Sequence record: NC_027399.1
Strand: one strand, 5' to 3'
Length of the DNA stretch: 64,000 bases
Each line of letters starts with the position of its first letter. The first letter of the stretch is position 1. The translations under genes were made by a program, and so were the position numbers. Below the pieces are notes generated by a model. The model had not been told where the DNA came from, made no database searches, and saw only the letters and a program-made list of their open reading frames with translations. This document shows positions 10,943 to 22,196 of the stretch, one piece after another.

Positions 10943-11459
10943 AATTATTTTATGTACAGATAAAAATTACGGTATAGGATATAAAAATACAATTCCGTGG
11001 CATAGCAGTGAAGATTTTAAACACTTCAAAGAAGAAACTTTGAATAAAACTGTTGTGATGGGATATAATACATGGAAATCCCTACCAAATAAACCACTTT
11101 CAAAAAGACTTAATATTGTGCTTGTTAATCGTGCATATGAAGATCGTGATATGTATGATCAAACCAACGTCTTATTTCTGGATGAAGATAATTTAGAAAG
11201 TATTATTCGTAATAACCCTGATTGTGTTATTATTGGCGGTGCATCAATTTATAAAATGAGTTTGCCTCATGTAGATGAAATCGTACATAGTATAATTCCC
11301 AAAGAATTTGTATGTGATTGCTTTTTTGACTTCACTATTGATAAGCGTGTGATTATTGAACGTGAAAGTTGTAAAACACTTGATGATGGTATTATGGTGG
11401 ATTATTATAAATGCAAACCAAATCCAGATTATGATGATTACGTGGATTCATATCAATGA
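10935..11459 (+). CDS. folA: dihydrofolate reductase
   Basis: GIG.KNTIPWH..EDFKHFK..T..K.VVMG..TW.SLP.KPL..R.NIVL, IIGGASIY; start moved to ATG 10935 after GGAG. Confidence 0.95.
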   Translation: MAKIILCTDKNYGIGYKNTIPWHSSEDFKHFKEETLNKTVVMGYNTWKSLPNKPLSKRLNIVLVNRAYEDRDMYDQTNVLFLDEDNLESIIRNNPDCVIIGGASIYKMSLPHVDEIVHSIIPKEFVCDCFFDFTIDKRVIIERESCKTLDDGIMVDYYKCKPNPDYDDYVDSYQ

Positions 11460-12040
11460 AGATAAAGGATATGGAAGTTCATTTATGTGAGCGTGGTGAA
11501 ATTTCTTCATTCATTGAAGAACATCATTATTCTAAAAATATTAATGGTTGTATAACTGATTATTGTTTCAAATTAACATATAATAATGAAATAATTGGTG
11601 CTATGTTTTATGGAAAAATGGCTATGGCTAACCAATACAAAAGATTTGTTGATAGAGAAGAAGATTGTATTGAGTTGCGTAGATTATGCTGTATTGATGA
11701 TACACCAAAAAACACTGAAAGTTTTTTTATTGGTAAAACACTAAAATGGCTTAAAAAGAACACACAAATAAAGGTGGTTGTTAGTTATGCAGATCAAGAA
11801 TATGGTCATAGTGGTATAATTTATAAAGCATCTAATTTTGAATATAATGGATTTAAAAAAGGTGCTAAAGTTATAATCCACAATGGCAAACAATATCATG
11901 ATAAAGCTATTAGAACTAAGTATAAAGGGAAGTTAAAACCATTTGCACAAAGATTAAAAGATGCATTAGACAGTGGTGATGCTTATTATAAACAAACTGC
12001 TGGAAAACATACTTACACTTACAAGTTAAGGAAAACTTAG
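11456..12040 (+). CDS. Mom-family (GNAT) DNA modification protein
   Basis: HHYS, IELRRL..DDTPKNTESFFIG, VVSYAD..GHSGIIYKASNF.Y.G signature of Mom-like proteins. Confidence 0.75.
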   Translation: MKIKDMEVHLCERGEISSFIEEHHYSKNINGCITDYCFKLTYNNEIIGAMFYGKMAMANQYKRFVDREEDCIELRRLCCIDDTPKNTESFFIGKTLKWLKKNTQIKVVVSYADQEYGHSGIIYKASNFEYNGFKKGAKVIIHNGKQYHDKAIRTKYKGKLKPFAQRLKDALDSGDAYYKQTAGKHTYTYKLRKT

Positions 12041-12063
12041 TATCATATACTCAAGGAAGAATA

Positions 12064-13422
12064 ATGTCAATAAAAAAAGAAACTACAAAATTAAAACCCA
12101 CCGCAGATCAGAAAGTTATACTTGATGATTTTTTGGATAGAGTTGATAATTATCCAGGTAGGACTGAAGCTGTTCTTTCTGCACCTGCTGGTACTGGTAA
12201 AACGTTCACCACTGCTGAAATTATTAAATTACTTTATAAAGATTATAATATTGCGGTAACTTCTCCTACACACAAAGCAAATTCCGTAATTCAAAATATG
12301 CTTATCAACCAAGCAGGGATTACAAAAGAAGATGCAAAGGTAAGTACTATTCATTCTTTTCTTGGGCTTAAATTGGTACAGGAAAAAAATCATCAAGTAC
12401 TGAAGCACGATCCACATAGTAAATTATCAACAACCAACGTTGATGTTCTTATCGTGGACGAATGTTCTATGATTTCAGAAGAATTATATTTCCATATACA
12501 GAATCAATTACATCGTGTACGAAGGGCAGTGTTATACATTGGTGATAAATGTCAGTTACCACCAGTAGAAGCTGAAGTTATTGGTAAAGAAAAATTATCC
12601 CCAACCTTTGATGTTTCAGTACAGTATACATTAACTGAAGTACTACGTCAGGCAATGGACAATCCAGTACTATCAGTCGCTACTGCTATCAGAGAATGCA
12701 TCGGTACCAATAAAGATCCAATGCATATTATGGTCAATAACACAAAAGGCCATGATACTATCACACCCATTGATGATGAAGATTTATTTCTGAATGTATA
12801 TAAGGATTTTATTATTGAAAACAAAGGTAATAGTAATAAAATTTTTGATTTCGTGAATGAAAATAAAATCCTTGCATATACGAATATGAGAGTTAATATT
12901 GCAAACATGTATATCAGAAATCAATTATATGATGTACTTGATGAATTTGTAAAAGGGGAACCTATTGTATTTGAGAGTATTACCGAAAATAGTCCATATT
13001 CTGTTCAACAAATTATTCAGTGTCCAAGAGTGAGAAAAGAATCATTTATGGGTATTGATTGTTGGCAGTTTCAGTTACTTAATGGTAGTTTCATTTACGG
13101 TGTTGGTCCTTCATCACGTGCGGCAATGGAAGATCATTTACAGGATATGGTAAGAAAGATTGAAAAGAAAGTTTTTAATCCATTGACAAAACGACCATAT
13201 GTATGGCAGGATTATTATATCATTCGCAATAAAATGCATATCATTAATTACCCATACGCAACAACTGTCCACAAATCACAGGGTAGTACATTCGATAATA
13301 TTTGGTTTGATACTGATTTCATTGAGAGAATCCCAAACAATGATATGAAATGTCGAATTCTTTATACTGCAATGACACGTCCCAGATATAGTGTAATGTT
13401 AAGACAGAATGATTACTATTAA
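12064..13422 (+). CDS. dda: Dda/RecD2-like SF1B DNA helicase
   Basis: APAGTGKT, SPTHKA, STIHSFL, IVDECSM, GDKCQLPPV, EVLRQ, YATTVHKSQGST, LYTAMTR. Confidence 0.92.
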   Translation: MSIKKETTKLKPTADQKVILDDFLDRVDNYPGRTEAVLSAPAGTGKTFTTAEIIKLLYKDYNIAVTSPTHKANSVIQNMLINQAGITKEDAKVSTIHSFLGLKLVQEKNHQVLKHDPHSKLSTTNVDVLIVDECSMISEELYFHIQNQLHRVRRAVLYIGDKCQLPPVEAEVIGKEKLSPTFDVSVQYTLTEVLRQAMDNPVLSVATAIRECIGTNKDPMHIMVNNTKGHDTITPIDDEDLFLNVYKDFIIENKGNSNKIFDFVNENKILAYTNMRVNIANMYIRNQLYDVLDEFVKGEPIVFESITENSPYSVQQIIQCPRVRKESFMGIDCWQFQLLNGSFIYGVGPSSRAAMEDHLQDMVRKIEKKVFNPLTKRPYVWQDYYIIRNKMHIINYPYATTVHKSQGSTFDNIWFDTDFIERIPNNDMKCRILYTAMTRPRYSVMLRQNDYY

Positions 13423-13424
13423 AA

Positions 13425-13430
13425 TAAATA
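13425..13430 (+). promoter_or_regulatory. late promoter-like TAAATA
   Basis: TAAATA upstream of the 13462 start. Confidence 0.4.
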
Positions 13431-13461
13431 ACAAAAAGAACTCTATGTTTTGGAGAACAAG

Positions 13462-14022
13462 ATGAACAACCAAATGCATGTTTTTAAAATTACAGTACCA
13501 GGTAAAGTACTGGATGATAAACTATATTATCAATATACCGATTTCGAAGATGTAGTAGGTGATGCTACTAAACCACCAAGTGATGCACAAACTGTTGAGA
13601 AAAGTAAGGCGTATGTTCGTATGCGTTATTTCAATATTCAACTGGCATCTCTAATGATTCCTGTGTATGCTACATTTGAACCAACTACTGCTGGTACTTG
13701 TGCTGTTATTCCAGATACACCAGTACTGCACATTGGATACGTAAGTTATGAACCGTTCCTTAGTACTCTAAGTGATGCCGCACGTGCAGCCTTGGATACT
13801 GAAGACAAACGCACCGCTGCCGCAGCAAGTGTTATTGAACAACTTCTAATCGACGCCCTGGCTAAAGATCTGGTTGGTGAACAAGTACAAGTTCAAAAAA
13901 CCACCAATCGCACTACAAGTCCACTAACAACCACTGAGGTTGATTATCGTGAAATCAGTATCGTGGAACTTGATGTTCCAGGAAGTGAAGTATTAGTTAC
14001 TGTAGAATATGTAAAATTATAA
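13462..14022 (+). CDS. hypothetical late (probably virion) protein
   Basis: ATG after GGAG; downstream of TAAATA. Confidence 0.6.
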   Translation: MNNQMHVFKITVPGKVLDDKLYYQYTDFEDVVGDATKPPSDAQTVEKSKAYVRMRYFNIQLASLMIPVYATFEPTTAGTCAVIPDTPVLHIGYVSYEPFLSTLSDAARAALDTEDKRTAAAASVIEQLLIDALAKDLVGEQVQVQKTTNRTTSPLTTTEVDYREISIVELDVPGSEVLVTVEYVKL

Positions 14023-14043
14023 TTTTTCAATTGGAGTCTTGAC

Positions 14044-14232
14044 ATGCAGGATAAAAAATTCTATGATCGCATTATTGAAGATGAACAATTCTTTGATAAA
14101 GTAATCTATGATATTGAGCATTTTATTGAAAATGCTCCAACGGTGAAAGCACGTCAACTAGGCTATGCAGTAAAACAAGGCTTAGTTGAAATCAAAAAAA
14201 TTGCATCATACTATTCTGATGCTAAAAAATAA
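14044..14232 (+). CDS. small hypothetical protein
   Basis: 62 aa, GGAG RBS. Confidence 0.6.
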   Translation: MQDKKFYDRIIEDEQFFDKVIYDIEHFIENAPTVKARQLGYAVKQGLVEIKKIASYYSDAKK

Positions 14233-14300
14233 TGCTTTACTAATGTTTTAAAATAACATATAATACAATCTTACCAATAAAAAACGGAGTAGTATAATAC

Positions 14301-14810
14301 ATGAAAGAAATTATTGCCAATGACAAAATTATTGCTAAAACTGTTCGTTTAGTAATGGACGGTTCTAGTGAAGTAATGGCAATTGCTAAAGCACGTCAGG
14401 AAGCCGATAATTTGGGTCTTGATATTGTGGTTGTAAATAATGGGGATGTACCTGTAGTTAAAATTGTAGACCTTAACAAATACAAATACGAACTCAAACA
14501 ATCAGAAAAAGCATCTCTGAAAAAACAGCGTCAGAATGTTATCAGTACTAAGGAGATTCAATTCACTTTCGGTACTCAGGATAATGATTTGATCGTTAAG
14601 GCTAAATCTGCTACTAAGTTTTTATCAGAAGGTAAAAATGTATTAATTGTTATGAAAACCGTTGGTCGTGGAAATACACCTCAATTAGTTAAACAAAATA
14701 TTGATGCGATGAATGCTTTTGTGAAACGTCTTGGTGAAGTAGACTTTATCCAAAAAGTCGAATATCACGGCAAAAAAGTAACATGCACTGTCAAAAGTAC
14801 TGTAAAATAA
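14301..14810 (+). CDS. infC: translation initiation factor IF-3
   Basis: ND.I....VRLV, A...GLD.V.V....PVVKI.D..KYKYE, KEIQF......D...K......FL..G..V.I.M...GR; both domains present. Confidence 0.9.
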   Translation: MKEIIANDKIIAKTVRLVMDGSSEVMAIAKARQEADNLGLDIVVVNNGDVPVVKIVDLNKYKYELKQSEKASLKKQRQNVISTKEIQFTFGTQDNDLIVKAKSATKFLSEGKNVLIVMKTVGRGNTPQLVKQNIDAMNAFVKRLGEVDFIQKVEYHGKKVTCTVKSTVK

Positions 14811-15365
<555 letters not shown>

Positions 15366-15373
15366 TAATAAAA

Positions 15374-15990
<617 letters not shown>

Positions 15991-16002
15991 GGAGTAAATC
16001 CA

Positions 16003-16920
16003 ATGCCTAGTAAGAGTCAATCACAAGCACGATTATTTGCAGCAATGGCACATGATCCAGAAATTGCAAAACAACATGGTGTTTCTATGAGTACAGCAAC
16101 AGAATGGAATAAATCAGATGCAGAAATGGGTAATCTAAATAAAAGTTCTAAACTACCAAAGCATGTAAAAAAAGAAAAGACTGAAGAAAGTTCTACGCGT
16201 GACATTCTTGATTATCTCAATAATCTTGAATTACAGGACGAAATAGAACAAGAAGAGAAAGCGGTACAGTACAGTACAGAACGCTCTAGAATGCACCAAA
16301 AAGGCTGTCAGTGCGACGATTGTTCCAATAATGAGCACCACTATTACCCTGATGTACAACACGCCCATGATTGCTCCTGTGATGATTGTGCTTCACATAT
16401 TGAGTTACAGGAAATGCCGCAGAGATTTGACGCGTTTGCTGGACAAGACCGAGATGAATTCGTTGATAAAACCGCTGAAATGACAGGCCGACACAACATG
16501 GTTCCATTTGCTGAACATGCTGATTATACTGTGTATAAAAATAAAAACGGTTCAGGGTTTATTGCTTATGGTAAAGATGGTAAACAGCTTGCAGTACTTA
16601 GTGGGTATGTGAGTGATAATGCAGTACATGGAGTACCAAATGTATTTGTTGAAGAAGCAATTGCATCCAAGACTGGTACTAAGGGTGTAATTTATACTAT
16701 TTTCACTGATCTGTTAAATGCAGGATATAAAATTTTAAGTGATGAATTACATTCAGATGATGCAATTGCTTTTTGGTCTAAATTGATTTCATCTCATCAA
16801 GTATATGTGGTTGGTGACGGCGAAGTACTGGCTCGTGCTAATACTCAAAAATTACACAAGTATTGGAGTTCAGATGAAACAAGTCCAAGTGCAGAATTAC
16901 GTTTATTACTAGTAAAATAA
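16003..16920 (+). CDS. multidomain late protein (MPSKS..QAR leader, duplicated H-x-C-x-C-D-D-C motif, C-terminal GNAT-like domain)
   Basis: MPSKSQSQARLFAAMAHDPE phage motif; two CxCDDC motifs; ILSDELHSDDAIAFWSKL resembles the phage GNAT-like SD..QS....LW motif. Confidence 0.55.
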   Translation: MPSKSQSQARLFAAMAHDPEIAKQHGVSMSTATEWNKSDAEMGNLNKSSKLPKHVKKEKTEESSTRDILDYLNNLELQDEIEQEEKAVQYSTERSRMHQKGCQCDDCSNNEHHYYPDVQHAHDCSCDDCASHIELQEMPQRFDAFAGQDRDEFVDKTAEMTGRHNMVPFAEHADYTVYKNKNGSGFIAYGKDGKQLAVLSGYVSDNAVHGVPNVFVEEAIASKTGTKGVIYTIFTDLLNAGYKILSDELHSDDAIAFWSKLISSHQVYVVGDGEVLARANTQKLHKYWSSDETSPSAELRLLLVK

Positions 16921-16926
16921 AAAAAA

Positions 16927-16946
16927 ATGGGAGCTTATGCTCCCAT
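16927..16946 (+). terminator. terminator hairpin
   Basis: ATGGGAGC-TTAT-GCTCCCAT. Confidence 0.6.
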
Positions 16947-16954
16947 AAATATTT

Positions 16955-16984
16955 TTGAACAAAAACATTAAAATCAACTATAAT
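16955..16984 (+). promoter_or_regulatory. sigma70-type promoter
   Basis: TTGAAC-18-TATAAT upstream of topoisomerase. Confidence 0.6.
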
Positions 16985-17020
16985 TTATACGTTATAACAA
17001 AGATACAAAAGGATTTAATA

Positions 17021-18988
17021 ATGGCTAAGAAACAAGAAAGTTCAGTACTTCAAGAACATGATGTACAACGCCTTAATGATTATCAACATGCTCGTCTACG
17101 CAGTGAAATGTACTTAGGATCAAGAAGTATCCATGAAAGCCAAGTTCTCATTTTTGGGGAAAATTCATACCAAGTTACTAACATGGAATGGGTGCCTGCA
17201 TTACTTACTGCATGTCGTGAATTATGGGATAATTCACTTGATGAGTTTAAAAAAGCCGGTACTAAAGAACCGGTACTTAAAATTGAATTTGATGAAAATG
17301 AATTAACATTCAGTTGTATTGATAATGGACGCGGTATTCCGATTGATTATGTTCCAGATTTCAATACTAATCTCTGTACTATGGTAATGACTGAAACAAA
17401 GACTGGTAGAAACTTTGATGATTCAAAGCGTGATGAAACTATTGGTCAAAATGGTCTGGGTGGATCTGTGGCAATGCTTGTAAGTTCTAAAGCTGAAATG
17501 GAAATACATCGAAAAGGTCGTCCATATAAAACATCAGCGTCCAATGATTCATATGATGGATTTTATAAATTCAGTCAAAATTTTAAAGAAGGAACTGAAT
17601 TTATTCCAGAAATTCAAATTTCTGAACCAGTAATTAGAAAAATTAGTTCTGATAAAACAGGAACAAGTATTAGACTAACATTTAGTCCTTCTGTATTTCC
17701 TAACAGAAAATTACCAATTGAACTGTTGTATAGCATTCTTAAAGAAATGGCATCAGCAAATCCAACATATAAAATCTTTTTGAATAATAAACGAATTAAT
17801 GTTAAACCAACTCCAGAAAAAACATTATTTAATGCATCTAAACTAATGCAACTAAATGTTAACGATGAATCTTTTAACTTTAACAGTACTTTTTATATTA
17901 TTCCAAATGCTGTTAATAATATGAATACTAATTTTCATATGCATGGTTTAGTTAATAATGCACCAGCGTTCGATGGTGGTACTCATCTAGATACATTCAA
18001 GAAACATTTTTCACTTGGTATTGCTAATGCTCTTGAAAAAGAAGCGAAGAAGCGTAAGATGAAGCCAAACCGTTCAGATATTGAAGAAGGGCTTCTGATT
18101 TATAATGTAACTACAATGAAAGCACCTTCATTCAATTCACAAATTAAATCCAAATTAACTAACGAAAATGTAGTTAAACCAATTCAACAAGCAATGAGTA
18201 CTGAATGGTTCGAAGAATTAGTTAAAAAGAATAAAGATTGGGTTGATGAAATATTTGAACGTTGTGCTGCACGTACAAATAAAAAAGATGCAGAAGAAGA
18301 TCGTCGTCTTGCTAAAAAACTTCTTAAAGGTAAAGTTGCCAAACTACTTGATTCAGTTGGTACTGATCGTTCCAAATGTATTCTAATGTTGGCAGAAGGT
18401 GATTCTGCTATTTCTAACATGGCTAGTGCTCGTGATCCTAATATTCATGGTATCTTACCTTTACGTGGTAAAATTATGAATGTGAGTGGTGAAGAGAAAA
18501 CAAAAGAATTAATGGATTCTGATGCATTACATGATATCATGGCTAGTATTAACCTAGTTCCAGGTGTGAAGGCAAATCGTGATGAATTGAGTTTTGGTAA
18601 ATTATACATAGCAACGGATGAAGATACTGACGGCCTTAATATAGCCGCATTGATTTGTAATTTTCTTTATAAATTCTGGCCTGAACTATTTCAGGATGCC
18701 GATAATCCATTTGTGTATGTATTCAAAACTCCATTTATTATTCTGGAGAAAGGGAAAGAATCAAAATACTTCTATGGTTATAATGTTTCTGAATACAATC
18801 CTGAAGATTGGAAGGGTTGGAAAGCCACACGTGCAAAAGGATTAGGAACATTGGAAAAGAGTAATTTCAGAGACGCATTCACCAATAGTGTAGCGGTTGC
18901 AATTACCGATGATGGTAATTTAGGTGAAACACTGGATTTGATATTCAATAAAAAGAGAGCAGATGATCGTAAAGCATGGATGGCTTAG
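17021..18988 (+). CDS. 39: DNA topoisomerase II large subunit (T4 gp39+gp60 fused, GyrB-like)
   Basis: HARLRSEMYLGS, ELWDNSLDE, DNGRGIP, GQNGLGGS, LAEGDSA, PLRGKIMN, ATDEDTDG, RAKGLG; start moved to ATG 17021. Confidence 0.95.
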   Translation: MAKKQESSVLQEHDVQRLNDYQHARLRSEMYLGSRSIHESQVLIFGENSYQVTNMEWVPALLTACRELWDNSLDEFKKAGTKEPVLKIEFDENELTFSCIDNGRGIPIDYVPDFNTNLCTMVMTETKTGRNFDDSKRDETIGQNGLGGSVAMLVSSKAEMEIHRKGRPYKTSASNDSYDGFYKFSQNFKEGTEFIPEIQISEPVIRKISSDKTGTSIRLTFSPSVFPNRKLPIELLYSILKEMASANPTYKIFLNNKRINVKPTPEKTLFNASKLMQLNVNDESFNFNSTFYIIPNAVNNMNTNFHMHGLVNNAPAFDGGTHLDTFKKHFSLGIANALEKEAKKRKMKPNRSDIEEGLLIYNVTTMKAPSFNSQIKSKLTNENVVKPIQQAMSTEWFEELVKKNKDWVDEIFERCAARTNKKDAEEDRRLAKKLLKGKVAKLLDSVGTDRSKCILMLAEGDSAISNMASARDPNIHGILPLRGKIMNVSGEEKTKELMDSDALHDIMASINLVPGVKANRDELSFGKLYIATDEDTDGLNIAALICNFLYKFWPELFQDADNPFVYVFKTPFIILEKGKESKYFYGYNVSEYNPEDWKGWKATRAKGLGTLEKSNFRDAFTNSVAVAITDDGNLGETLDLIFNKKRADDRKAWMA

Positions 18989-18991
18989 GAT

Positions 18992-20701
18992 ATGAAACAT
19001 GATGAAGTAGTTAGTATAATTAAAAAATTTGCCAATGAAGTCAAGTCCAATGGGGAATCAGTACTAAAGCAAATTAAAAAGATGGATAGATATGAAGAAG
19101 TTATTTCATATCTAAAAAGCTATTATGGTGACTATGATATTAAAGTTCTAATTGGTTCAGTACTAAATGATTTAGATACCATTCCCATTGCTGCTTGTGG
19201 GAATGTATGTAGATTTGATGGATTAAAATTGAGGTACGTATGTACCTCATATAAAATGAACAAAGAAGAAACATGTCCTGAGTGTCATATTAAATTAAAA
19301 GAAATAATGAACAACAACAGAATGCAATCTGTGGAAATGAAGTACGGTACTCCATATATATCTAAAGTTCCAGAATTTAGAGAGAAAGCAAAAAATACAA
19401 TGTTTAATGAGTATGGTGTATATAATATTTCTAATTTGGATTCTGTGAAAAAGAAAAAAAGTGATAATTATCACAATAAAAGTTTAGAAGAAAAAGAACG
19501 TATTAAAGAAAAAAATAAGAAAAAAGTAATACAGACATATGGTGTTGATAACGTATCTAAATCTGAAATTGTAAAACAAAAGAAACTTGGTAATAAAAAT
19601 CCATTCAATAATAGTACTTTTAAAATTAAAAATATCATTAATACAACCAAACGAAGATATAATAGCATAACAGACTATTTAAAAACCAATGATAAACCAT
19701 ATACACTAACTTACATGCCATTTGCATATAAAGATGACCATGTATTTCAATGCAAGTGTGGTGAAATTATAAGTTGTAAAATACAATCGTTTGATACAAT
19801 ACGTTGTTATAAATGTTTCCCATTGGAAGTAAGTTCTGGTGAACTTTGGTTGAGACAAGAAATTGAAAATATTATAAGTAATACATCAACAAGTACTGAA
19901 ATGTTATTAAATCAAAGGTATGATTTTATTGATAACAGAGATATTGATATATACTTACCTGAATTGAAAATAGGTTTTGAATTCAATGGTTCGTACTGGC
20001 ATAATGATGAACACAAAGATAAGTACTATCATCAGAAGAAATCGATTTCTGCAAAAAACAATGGTATCAATTTAATACATATCCATGAATCTGATTATAA
20101 TAAAATAAAAGATAAAATTGTAATGAGATTAAAACATGTATTAAACAAAAATGATAAAACAATTTATGCAAGAAAATGTATTGTAAAAGAAGTATCATTT
20201 AAAGAAAGTGAAGTATTTTTGGATGAATATCATTTTCAACAATCATGTGTATCAGGTATAAGAATTGGATTATATTATGATAATGAATTAGTAGCATTGG
20301 CTACGTATGGAAAATCCAGATATGACAAAAAATATGAATATGAATTATTGAGATTCTGTACAAAGTATTCGGTACCGGGTGGATTTAGTAAAATAATGAA
20401 ATACTTTGAGCAAACATACAACCCTAAATCATTGATGACATATGCCGATCTGGACTGGAGTAATGGTAATGTTTATGAAAAAAATGGGTTTGAGTTTGTG
20501 AAATACACCGAACCAAGTTACTTTTACGTGGATAAATATCAAAATAAAATTTCAAGATATGATTGTCGTAAAACTGAATTATTAAAACTATATGATTGGG
20601 CTACCAATGATATGACGGAAACTGAAATCTGTAAAAAATTAAATTACAATAAAATATATTCATCTGGAAATATAGTTTATCGTAAAATATATAACAAATA
20701 A
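18992..20701 (+). mobile_element. free-standing Hef-like homing endonuclease gene between topoisomerase subunits
   Basis: YG-V-x-N repeats, CxC/CxxC motifs, IDIYLPELKIGFEFNGSYWH nuclease, C-terminal Mom-like GNAT; splits the 39/52 operon. Confidence 0.75.
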
Positions 20702-20716
20702 CAAAGAGGCAATGGA

Positions 20717-22123
20717 ATGGCTAAAAAAGAAAAAACTCAAGGTATTGATAATGCAACATTAACGCTATTAGATTACAACAGTTCTGAATATTTGAATAGC
20801 ACTTCACTAGAATATTCAATGTATACATTAGATCGTGCTATTCCCGGAATTGATGGTCTAAAGAGTTCACAACGAAAAGCAATTTTTACGCTAAGTAAAA
20901 TATCAGGTGAAATTAAAACAGTATCATGTGCTGGTCGCATGATTAGTGATGGTATCTATTTACATGGTGATTCATCTGCAAGTGGTACACTACAACAACT
21001 GGCATCACCTGTAGCAAACAATTATCCACTCATTGGTAAACGTGGTGGTTTTGGTACACAGGTAAACAGTACACCAGCATCCCCGCGATACACATATGTG
21101 AAGAAGAACAAAAGTACTGAAGAATTAATTCTTCGTGATATGGAAATTATCCCAATGCAAGAAAACTATGATGGTACCACTATGGAACCAACACATTTTC
21201 TTCCAATCATTCCATTATCGTTGTTTGGTAATGACAGTATGTCGGTTGGTTATAAGAGTACAATTCTTCCTTATAAAATTAAAGATATTATTGATAACTG
21301 TATCCGTGTTATTGATAAAACTGAACTAAGAGAAATGATCCCATATTATGTATCAGTTGGTGCAAGCGAAACTGTAACTAAACTTGATGAAAACAAATAT
21401 GAGTTCTATGGAACAGCAGAAGTTATTGATGCCAGTACCGTAAAAGTTACTGGATTGCCACCCAACTATAGCGTTGAAAAATTTGTTGAAAAATTAATTA
21501 AGATGGGTGATGATGGTGAAATTCGTGATTATGATAATGGTAGTACTGATACCATTGATATAACGATAAAATTACCACGTGGTACATCAAGCAAATGGAC
21601 TGAAAAGGATGTGATTGATTATTTTGGTCTATCCAAGAAAATTACACAAATTCTTACAGTACTCGATGCGAATGGTCGTGTTCGTGTATATGATAACACT
21701 TCTGACCTAATTAAAGATTTCGTCGAATTTCGTTTTGGCTATTACATTAAACGTTATGAGAAAAAAGTTAAAGATTGTACTGAAGAAGTTATATATAAAA
21801 TTCTAATTAAAGAATGCTTTGATAATGATATGATTGGTAAAGTTAAATCATTTAAGAATCGTGCTGAGTTAGTTGATTTTGTAACTAAACTCAATATTGA
21901 TATTGGGGCAAGTGAAGATAATATTCAAAGCATAGTTAATTATCCTTCTTATCGCTGGACACAAGAAAACTATAATGCAGTATTGAAAGATATTCAGGAT
22001 AATATGGATTTAATTGATAAGTACAACGATTTACTTAATAATAAAAATAAAATTTGGGATATCTACAAAGAAGAACTTAAAGAGCTTCGTAAGATTGATT
22101 TTACACCAAAACAAGAAAACTAA
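20717..22123 (+). CDS. 52: DNA topoisomerase II medium subunit (T4 gp52, GyrA-like)
   Basis: RAIPGIDGLKSSQRK, YLHGD, G.FG....PASPRYT with catalytic Tyr, GYKSTILP. Confidence 0.95.
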   Translation: MAKKEKTQGIDNATLTLLDYNSSEYLNSTSLEYSMYTLDRAIPGIDGLKSSQRKAIFTLSKISGEIKTVSCAGRMISDGIYLHGDSSASGTLQQLASPVANNYPLIGKRGGFGTQVNSTPASPRYTYVKKNKSTEELILRDMEIIPMQENYDGTTMEPTHFLPIIPLSLFGNDSMSVGYKSTILPYKIKDIIDNCIRVIDKTELREMIPYYVSVGASETVTKLDENKYEFYGTAEVIDASTVKVTGLPPNYSVEKFVEKLIKMGDDGEIRDYDNGSTDTIDITIKLPRGTSSKWTEKDVIDYFGLSKKITQILTVLDANGRVRVYDNTSDLIKDFVEFRFGYYIKRYEKKVKDCTEEVIYKILIKECFDNDMIGKVKSFKNRAELVDFVTKLNIDIGASEDNIQSIVNYPSYRWTQENYNAVLKDIQDNMDLIDKYNDLLNNKNKIWDIYKEELKELRKIDFTPKQEN

Positions 22124-22133
22124 TAATAAAGTC

Positions 22134-22161
22134 GGGAGCACATATAATAGTGCTCCTTTTT
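22134..22161 (+). terminator. rho-independent terminator
   Basis: GGAGCAC-ATATAATA-GTGCTCC plus T tract. Confidence 0.7.
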
Positions 22162-22163
22162 AG

Positions 22164-22169
22164 TAAATA
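22164..22169 (+). promoter_or_regulatory. late promoter-like TAAATA
   Basis: directly after the terminator, 28 nt before the 22197 start. Confidence 0.55.
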
Positions 22170-22196
22170 CCCTATATAAAACGGGAGAAAAGAAGA

